NCBI RefSeq assembly: GCF_006345805.1
Contig: NC_043015.1
Coordinates: 10,168,001 to 10,232,000, forward strand
Reading direction: 5' to 3'
Length of the DNA stretch: 64,000 nucleotides
Source: Octopus sinensis
Lineage: Eukaryota
Position numbers and translations under genes: made by a program. Every line of letters begins with the position of its first letter. Position 1 is the first letter of the stretch. This document shows, in pieces, positions 54,635-64,000 of the stretch. The notes under the pieces are model-generated. The model was not told where the DNA came from. It made no database searches and saw nothing but the letters and a program-made list of their open reading frames with translations.

Positions 54635-54691
54635 CTGAAGAGCAAGGGGCGTGTATAACGCGTTAATTGCGAAATCACAGGTGAAATGGAG
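54635..54691 (+). ncRNA. Degenerate type I hammerhead
   Basis: Core CUGAAGA, stem II GCAA/UUGC, GAAA, stem III UCAC-AG-GUGA. U16.1 reads A and no stem I partner remains, so it is probably inactive; (AT)n begins ~130 bp downstream. Confidence 0.55.
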
Positions 54692-54828
54692 CTAAATTCT
54701 GTTTTTAAATGACTCGCTTTGAGAATTGCGTTCGGTACAATTTGTTTATATTTGGTATTTATGATTTTAAGAGTCCCTCCTAGCGTGTGTCATTTATGTG
54801 TAATAATGCCCTCTATACAATATATATA

Positions 54829-54872
<44 letters not shown>

Positions 54873-54954
54873 CATACATATACATATATATATAAATATA
54901 TATATATATATAATATATATATATATATATGTATGTATGTATATATAGATATAT

Positions 54955-55002
<48 letters not shown>

Positions 55003-55056
55003 CATATATATATATACATATATATGGAGAGTGTTTGTATGATTTTGTATAGAAGA

Positions 55057-55088
<32 letters not shown>

Positions 55089-55974
55089 GCACGACGGTCT
55101 AATTTGAGTTTACATCTACAAATCTTTGGTTGGCATGATCTTCGTTGTGAGATTATGGAAGGAAAATGACGGATAACCAAAAGTAAGTGTGATGTATGTA
55201 TTTCCATGGAATACAATTAAACAAATGGAATGAAGCAAAGCATTATGATTGTCTTATCTTTAACGTTGCTTCCACATTAATTAAGACGCCTACTATAACC
55301 ATGTATATTATATCATATGGTCACACAGCTTTGTATACGTACAGGATAACAGAAATATTATAGGTCTATGAGAAATTATATTGCGCTCTTGTTACCGTAA
55401 TAAGCAAATATATGCATATAGCCATCTGAGAAAGCTAGCAATTACATATATATGCATACACACACACACGTGTACAATTTTCCTTACAACTACAAAAGTA
55501 TCAGAAAAAAGCATATTACTCCAGCTTCCATAGGCGATTACTATCTTTTTCCATCTTGTTTTGCACTTATGTGCCTATTCGTGGATAAAATCGGACTAGT
55601 GAGAGAAAATTTTTAAAGACCTCAGGTTAATTGTGAATTGGTTCCAATTTCTTGATTAAATAATTAAAAAAACACTTTTTCATTCGTCAATACAATACAC
55701 TGATAGGGGAAATATACGTCTAAATAACTGCACATACCGTCCAAACTTAGTTCCCGCGTCTACAGACAAATATTTGTACGTATACATCCAAGGAAGGCCA
55801 ATTTATAAATACCCGGTCGATTTCACTCGATGCCTTTTGATATAATTATATACATATGTTCATTATTATTAATTTAATGTATTAATTGGGTATACGTTAT
55901 TTTACCATTCTGACTACTTGATAAACATCCTGAACGTGATTTTTATCCTTATATTCCTTTTGAATAATAAATAC

Positions 55975-56009
55975 ATATATATATGTATAACTATATATGT
56001 ATGTATAAG

Positions 56010-56048
<39 letters not shown>

Positions 56049-56167
56049 TACATGTATACATACATAGATATATATATGTATATATATATATATGTATACA
56101 TGTATATATATAATATATATATATATATACACATACATATACACACGCACACTCACACACACACACG

Positions 56168-56212
<45 letters not shown>

Positions 56213-56244
56213 CGTGTGTGTGTGTGAGTGTGCGTGTGTATATG

Positions 56245-56297
<53 letters not shown>

Positions 56298-56342
56298 ACA
56301 TATATATATATACATATATATATCTATGTATGTATACATGTA

Positions 56343-56395
<53 letters not shown>

Positions 56396-56410
56396 CATAT
56401 ATATATATAG
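55975..56410. repeat. Compound (AT)n/(AC)n microsatellite with internal inverted symmetry
   Basis: Directly visible. Confidence 0.9.
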
Positions 56411-56693
56411 TAATATTAGGGAATATTATTACACACATACAGGGAATAATTCTATTTAGAAATGATCAAAATTGGAGTAGATGGACAGCCGAAAACTGAG
56501 GAAAGGTCGTTCTTTATATTACTTGTCTTGTTTTCCGTTTGTTTCTCTTGTTCGCATGCCCAAGTTTGTCTTCGTATTTCAATGAATGTACATATATGTA
56601 TGTATATATGCATATATACGTAAATATTATATATATATATACACATATATATATATATACATGTACATCTATATATATATATTATATATATAT

Positions 56694-56740
<47 letters not shown>

Positions 56741-58989
56741 GTATATATATATATTCACATGTGTGTATGATTATATATATATATATATATATATACACAT
56801 ACATACATACATATACATACATTTATTTGTTTCGGCCTTTATATGATGTACTGTGTGCGTTCGTGTTTGTGTTTGCGAGCGCACACTGTTATTCGATGCT
56901 GTTACGTTCAAATTGTAATCATAGGAATGTTATATGTGTAAATCAGTCGAAAAGCTTGAAAAGTTCGACTATATACTCGTATATCATTCCTCAATTATTT
57001 TACTACATCTCTGTCAATTTATTTTTATTTTGAAATAGATATCTGTCAATCTTTTTCTCAACTCGCATCAATCAGTAGTATATTTACATATTGTTTTGAA
57101 TCATTTCGGCTTTCATCCGCTCTTTATAGTCATTCGTCTGCTGCTCGAAATCATCTTTACATCCGACATCATTATCTTGGCTTTGTTCTGTCTTGTTTTG
57201 CCCCATTATATCGTATCTCAGCTTGCAGTGCAAAAATAAATCTAGCGTGATATATAGCTAGACATATCAGAACCTATTATAAATGTGATACTTTTATACC
57301 TAGAAGCATTTCCATAAAATTTTGTTGGACGAATTTGTCAATAGAATATCAATAGGTTATCATTTATTGCCCAGACGCAGGACCTCTTAAGCAGAGAATA
57401 TATAATTGTCAAATAATGATTGGATTAAATAAGTAAAAATCTATCACCACTAATAGCATTCTCCAAGAAAAGAAAACAAATAAAATTTAGAAGAAAAATC
57501 TTAAAAGTACAGAAGATATATATTATAGCAAGGGACATAGATATGAAATATGACTTTCTCGAATATTGCCAACATATTCGTACGTAGCAATAATTTTCTT
57601 GGAACAAATCCAATCTAACGATACTTTGTTCGTTGCAAAAAGACTGATGTGAAAATATGGAAATCGTTGTTTAAGAGAACATATATACAATCATGATTTT
57701 ATCAAATGCATCAGTTCAGGATTTTGGCAAATATGATACCAACCAACACATTCTATGTAATATATTGATGAACCACCTTCCATTCATTGAAACAACCTGT
57801 CCCTGGATATGTAAACACGCACATACGTTTGTGTGTATGTGAGTGTATTAACGTATGTATGTATCTATGCACGCATGTATGCATGCATGCATCTATGTAT
57901 GCATATATGCGTGCATGTATGCAGTATTATTGTATTTTATAATTTGATGCCCCAATCTAAGGGAGATTCAAAGCTCTATATGCATAAAAACATTTCCACA
58001 TAAACTATCCTTATCGTCTTTCTTTTCGATTTTCAAATAGATATTCACATGAGGAAGGCAGTTGACCTCTGTGACGATATATAATTTATCTTGTCTCTCC
58101 CAAGCAACAACATCTGATTTGTGGATGTTAATATATTCAATAAGTTGAGGATTCCCATATGGATGCCAAGACAATCTATGTTTCGGAATTTAGCGTCAAC
58201 GTTATGTCCTATAACATATGTACCTATATATGTTTGTATGTAATCAGGTATTAATCATGCGCCTCTGCTGAAATTTAAAATTTATTTTCAGAGAAATTTC
58301 CATATATAATCCTTTGTGATTGGTTTGGGAAAATAGACCTTTCACATTTACTGTTTGTTCAATTTCGGTGAAAGCTTACGAATATTCCCACACTGTTCAT
58401 GTTATGAAAAATGCAAAGAAACGAATTGATTTTGAATAAACTGGAAAAATGCAAGTGTCGTATTTAAAATCTTCATTGATTAATTCCTGATATTTTCAAG
58501 GAGTATGTTATATGTTTCCAACCGGTCTGCTACGTCACGACTTGTATATTTTTCCTGATTGATTCTTATATTTAATTATTTGCAGTTATATAAAAAATTT
58601 GAGGCTTCAATTGAACATTTGGTCGGGAAAGTAATTTCACCAGCAACATTTTAATGAGAAATAATTCTACTTCCTTATTCCAAGCAAGCACACAAACATA
58701 CGCGTGGACGTACGCTCACCAACATACATGCAAGCATCATAAATACACAAGCATGCTAGCATACACACATCGGTGTTGTTCTTCAGCATGTGGATGTTTA
58801 TACATATTTAAATATTTATATACACATAAATACGCAGGCAAATATAAAAAAGACTGAAAATCGAGGGAATTTACTCGAAAGTGTTTAGTATGAATTAACT
58901 CGAATCATTTATTTAACAATGAATCGGGCAACTTAATTTAATTTAATTAATTCACGAAATACCAATGTTTAACGTATCAACACATGCTA

Positions 58990-59208
58990 ATATTGGTTTC
59001 AAATTTTGGCACATGGTTAATAAGTTTAGGTAAAGTTGTTCAGCTAATTACATCGAACAAAGTGAGCAAGTGATTCATATTTCATCGACTCAGAAATTAT
59101 GAAAGGCTAAAATGACTTCAGTGTAATTTTCAACTACGACTGTAAAGACGAGCGAAATGGCGCTAAGTATTTTAACTTCGTTCTGAGGATTCTACCAGCG
59201 CACCGCCT
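58990..59208 (-). mobile_element. SINE family B, highly degenerate
   Basis: Reverse complement retains GGCGGTGCGCTGGTAGAA...AAATACTTAGCGCCATTTCG and a CCATGTGCCAAAATTTGAAACC tail. Confidence 0.45.
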
Positions 59209-59459
59209 ATACTCTTCTAATATTACGATTAATTCCTTTAATGACGCAAAAGAAAGCAGAGACGCTTGGCTGTTGTGATCCATTCAAGGCATTTTCAGAA
59301 AATATGTGTAATCCTTACCTAATGCACCAAACCGTATATATATGTATATATAGAAATTCGGGGTGAGTACTTGATAATTGTAAGCACCTGTATATACCGT
59401 TTGGTAGTGTAGGTGGTGGAGTAAATTAATCAAAATAAAAACATGATGCCAAGGATTCA

Positions 59460-59537
59460 GCGGTACATATGTTTCGGGCCTTTATTAGACGGATTTATAA
59501 CAATGCATAATGTGCGTCTGTGGCCTTCTTCAGCAGC
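59460..59537 (-). ncRNA. Type I hammerhead, core intact, one stem I mismatch
   Basis: GCUG-CUGAAGA-A-GGCC...AGACG/CGUCU...GGCC-C-GAAA-CAUAUG-UA-CCGC; palindromic stem III ACAUAUGU; GUA triplet. Confidence 0.8.
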
Positions 59538-60139
59538 GCACAACTACTTCTTCAAGGACATGTATTACATCAAAAATTCTTGGTTGGGGATGCAAATCCT
59601 CTCATTCGCGTACGACGTAATGCGGCAACAGCATAAAAATGAAGCGTCCATCTCGTTCTTCTCTCAATGTAGAATGAGGAAGTTTGGATGTTGAAGTAAT
59701 ATAAATAAATAAATAAATAAATATATACATATATAAATATATAAATACAGACAGACGTGAAGGAACCTGGTAATAAGAGCAAATAGAGATAAAGATGGAG
59801 GGGCGAGAATTCAGGACGAAGGATAAAAAATATATAAAAAGTGTAAGTATAGAAAAATATAAAAATGTAGAGTATAAAAATATAAAGAGATATAAAAAAT
59901 ATAAAAAAATATAAATGAATATAAATGTATAAAGTTATAAAAATAAAAATAAAAAGTGTAAAAGAATATAAGGATAAGGGATATATAGTAGTTACGGACC
60001 AAACATGGTGGTCAGGAAAATGACAAATTCTGGTTGTAGAAGTCTTGGGTGTCATAAATCAATCGGGCGTCTGGGGACCTAGTGTATTGTAAATTAGAGT
60101 TGTTGAGCAGCTTATCTAGTTCTTCGTAACGTATTAAAT

Positions 60140-61080
60140 GGTCATCGTGTACATACGCACCCGCATGGATACATACACCCATATATACGCGCACATATAC
60201 GCACACATACGCAGCTACACGCATACAAGCATACATACGTACTCATGTGTGAACATATACAGATATATATGGAAAAAGGCGCATGTAGTTGGGTACACGA
60301 GCCGACGCGCACGCGTACGTACATACATACACGCTCATGCGTTCGCATAGGCACGCTCGCACTTGCACGCATTTACAAGACGAAGTGAATCCCTATGCGT
60401 GTGGCAGTAATATGTATACACATACACACGCGCGCACATACGCATATATATATATACACACAACAGAATATGTATATATATACACGGACAGTATACATGT
60501 ACATATACATATACACACACACACATGCGCATATACATATACACACACACATATGCATACATACATATGTACATATATATATATGCATATATACACATAT
60601 GCATACACACAAATATACACACGCCTATACCCGCACACGCACATATATATATGTGTGTGCATACATGCACACCCACGTGTGCATACATACACGCATACCA
60701 AATACACACGGACCCATGCACACGTATCCACACGCACACACACACACATCTATGTGTCCATACGTGCGTGTGCGCATACACTTAGATACGCATACACAGA
60801 CACCCACACATATAGGTATAGATATAAGATATTAAGAGATGTATAAAAAATGTATATAAGAAATCTGCAAACGCATGTAAAGAAACTGACCCACGCACAC
60901 GTGTCTACACGCACGCGCACACACATCTGTGTGTCTATACGTGCGTGTACACATACACTTACATACGCATACACAGACACACACACATATAGGTATAGAT
61001 ATAAGATATTAAAAGATGTATAAAAATATGTATATAAGAAATCTACAAAAGCATGTAAAAAAATTATTACAGAAGTATAA
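60140..61080. repeat. CA/TA-rich low-complexity tract with a ~175-bp direct repeat (~60730-60875, ~60905-61060)
   Basis: CACATATAGGTATAGATATAAGATATTAA...GTATATAAGAAATCT occurs twice. Confidence 0.85.
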
Positions 61081-61199
61081 CGGGGGGGTACACATCTAGA
61101 CACAGATATTTACTCATACATACGCATACGAATGAGAGGATTTGCATCCCCAACCAAGAATTTTTGATGTAATACATGTCCTTGAAGAAGTAGTTGTGC

Positions 61200-61277
61200 G
61201 CGGCTGAAGGAGGCCACAGACGCACATTATGCATTGTTATAAATCCGTCTAATAAAGGCCCGAAACATATGTACCGC
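61200..61277 (+). ncRNA. Type I hammerhead with core lesion A9G
   Basis: Stem I GCGG/CCGC is perfect, but the core reads CUGAAGG; otherwise identical to the 59460 copy. Confidence 0.75.
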
Positions 61278-61317
61278 TGAATCCTTGGCATCATGTTTTT
61301 ATTTTGATTAATTTATT

Positions 61318-61381
<64 letters not shown>

Positions 61382-61392
61382 AATATATATAT

Positions 61393-61443
<51 letters not shown>

Positions 61444-61601
61444 TATATATATATACTATATATATATATATATATATATGTCCCTATTACAACGAGATTA
61501 CCTATACGAGAAGCTCCTTCTATATAATAAATTAAGTTTACTCTGCTATGTATTGAGTACCTTATTTACTGTGGTTAACCCCGAATCAACCCGGGACCTA
61601 C

Positions 61602-61634
<33 letters not shown>

Positions 61635-61838
61635 ATATATATACACTAAGAGAGAGAGAGATGGAGGAGGAGAGAACGAAATAGGTAGATAGAATAATGG
61701 ATAGACAGCATGTACAGACACGACAGATATGAATAGACACACATAAACATCGTTTTATGTTTATTTTAACTGGCACAGGTTTATATTTTTAATAAGTGAT
61801 ATTTTCGTTTCTCAGTTTCTATGTATGGCAGTTTAATC

Positions 61839-62550
61839 ATGCCAAGTACAAAAAGATGCTTGGAACATTTTGGTCAATCTGAAAGTGGACTTGATCAGCG
61901 TAAAATCGCATGTAACCATGGGATCGTGTTTTCTACAGTTTAAAGTGTGGTGGGGCAATTTACCAAAAAGGAGGAGGAAGAGACCACATCAGCTTGCTTT
62001 GGTGGTCAAGGGCCCTCTTACAAGATCCCTCTCTTTGCTAAGGGAAGTGTGGAAATTAATTCTCGTTGCAAGGCCTCTGACATAGCAGTACAAGTTGATA
62101 TCACTCCCAGAATAACTGTCAAGCATCTCCAAAAACCTTGGTTACATTGGCAGAGCTGCAAGAATGAAGCAACATCTTCGACCAGCTAATATCAAGCGGA
62201 GAATAGATTGGGCAGTAGTGTGGGTTTGGAGTCCATGTTATCAAAGAGTTGACATGAAATGTTTGTAGCCAACAATGAAACAAGATAGCTATTATGTGAT
62301 GGTCACGGAGCAATTTGGAGCTGGTGGGGTATGAATGAAACAGAAACTCAGATAAATGTGTCCATATTGCAGAAAGGGCTCTTTCCAATCGTCTTCAGTG
62401 GTGAAATTATTAAAGAAAATTCTACATTTATAGATGGGGCTACATGCCACTCGGCTAAAAGGACGGAAGATTGCGTTGAAGAGAAATGCATTAAAATGCA
62501 TCCATGGTCAAGCCAGTCACCAGGTAAGAGCCCTATTGAACATCTCTAGT
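61839..62550 (+). mobile_element. Decayed Tc1-family transposase
   Basis: LGYIGRAARMKQHLRPANIKRRIDWA (~62138) and FIDGATCHSAK...PWSSQSPGKSPIEHL* match Tc1 QDGAPxHxA and WPxQSPDLNPIEHLW. The third catalytic motif is altered; stops and frameshifts are present. Confidence 0.85.
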
Positions 62551-62665
62551 AAGGGATAGATATAACACTTCGTAAAAAGAAGAAGAGAGCATTACCAAAG
62601 CCAGATTTTGTGAGACAACTGTGCGAAAAATTGGCAAGAAATTACTCAAGAGAATATTTGAACGC

Positions 62666-62857
62666 GGCGAGCTGGCAAAAACTTTAACACACCGGGCAAT
62701 ATGCTTAGCGGTATTTCGTCTGTCTTTACGTTCTGAGTTCAAATTCCTTCGAGGTCGACTTTGCCATTCATCCTTTCGGGGTCGATAAATAAAGTATCAG
62801 TTGCGTACTGGGGTCGAACTACTCACCTGGCCCCCACCACAAAAATGTTGTGCCTAG
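62666..62857 (+). mobile_element. SINE family B
   Basis: GGCGAGCTGGCAAAAAC...GAGTTCAAATTCC...CATCCTTTCGGGGTCGATAAA. Confidence 0.85.
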
Positions 62858-63042
62858 ATCACTAGCATGCATAATAGGGACCATTGAAGCATGCAAATGT
62901 TATGTCTAAAAAATATTAGATATTCACATTATAATAATACATCATTTCAATGAATAATTTCAGATTAAAATGAATTCTAACGATTTTAAGTTTGTCGATT
63001 TACTTTTGTCACATTTGTGTGAGTATGTATATATGCATGTAA

Positions 63043-63118
<76 letters not shown>

Positions 63119-63144
63119 CATACATATATATATATTACATATAG

Positions 63145-63181
<37 letters not shown>

Positions 63182-63207
63182 ATATACATACATATATATA
63201 TATATAG

Positions 63208-63238
<31 letters not shown>

Positions 63239-63404
63239 CATACATGCTCACACAACTGTGACAAAAGTAAATATATATATATATATATATAATATATATA
63301 TATATATGTACATATATATACATATACATAAATACATATAAATATATAGGACAAATGCTAACGTTTAATTTAAAACAATACTAGCTTCTCAAGAAAAGTG
63401 GTAA

Positions 63405-63820
63405 ACAGGAGTAGCTGTGTGGTAGTAGCTTGCTTACCAACCACATGGTTCCGGGTTCAGTCCCACTGCGTGGAACCTTGGGCAAGTGTCTTCTACTATA
63501 GCCTCGGGCCGACCAAAGCCTTGTGAGTGGATTTGGTAGACGGAAACTAAAAGGAGCCCGTCGTATATATGTATATATGTATGTATATGTGTGCGTGTAT
63601 GTTTGTCTGTATGTGTTTGTCCCCCTAGCATTGCTTGACAACCGATGCTGGTGTGTTTGTGTACCCGTCACCTAGCGGTTCGGCAAAAGAGACCGATAGA
63701 ATAAGTACTGGGTTTACAAAGAATAAGTCTCGGGTTTGAGTTGCTCGAATAAAGGCCGTACTCCAGCATGGCCGCAGTGAAATGTCTGAAACAAGTAAAA
63801 GAGTAAAAGGGTAAAGAGTA
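63405..63820 (+). mobile_element. SINE family A, near consensus
   Basis: Colinear with 5810-6229, including the B box GGTTCAGTCCC and the GTAAAAGA tail. Confidence 0.9.
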
Positions 63821-64000
63821 TACGCTATAATCAAATTCATGATAATAAATATATAGAAAGATGTTCTCACATAATACATGTGTTCACATCATTGATTAAC
63901 TGAAAATATGTTGGTGTACGTAGACATAAGTTTAGATAGACATGTGTAACACAAATAAATAATGAGAAGGAAAAAAGGTATAGCAAGATACATTTTTTAA

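Larger units (their letters stand above)
59422..61315. mobile_element. Penelope-like element remnant with 187-bp inverted termini (59422-59608 / 61129-61315)
   Basis: The arms differ at 2 of 187 positions and each carries a hammerhead. Minus-strand frameshifted peptides QQL..F / YNTLGPQ (~60060-60120) resemble the PLE GIY-YIG C-terminus (xxEQQLIFxLxTLxPxGLN). Confidence 0.75.

Overview
AT-rich eukaryotic genomic DNA, most likely octopus (inferred from recalled octopus tRNA-SINE families and the extreme microsatellite load). It looks intergenic or intronic. I find no confidently identifiable host gene, rRNA, tRNA or CRISPR array, and almost all ORFs in the track are microsatellite artefacts. 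The window holds about 17 copies of two tRNA-derived SINE families, decayed mariner and Tc1 transposases, two RTE-clade LINE fragments, R4/Dong-like fragments (one embedded in (AAT)n), several MITE/foldback elements and a near-identical 1.29-kb tandem duplication. The main signal is 11 type I hammerhead-ribozyme (HHR) motifs from about 8 unrelated sequence families. Five motifs look intact or nearly so (two of them are mirror copies at one locus) and six are degenerate. They lie in short Penelope-like terminal (pLTR) segments that mostly abut (AT)n tracts and often form zero-spacer palindromes or long inverted repeats. All RNA folds were done by eye. Three weak host-exon candidates are reported as low-confidence findings.
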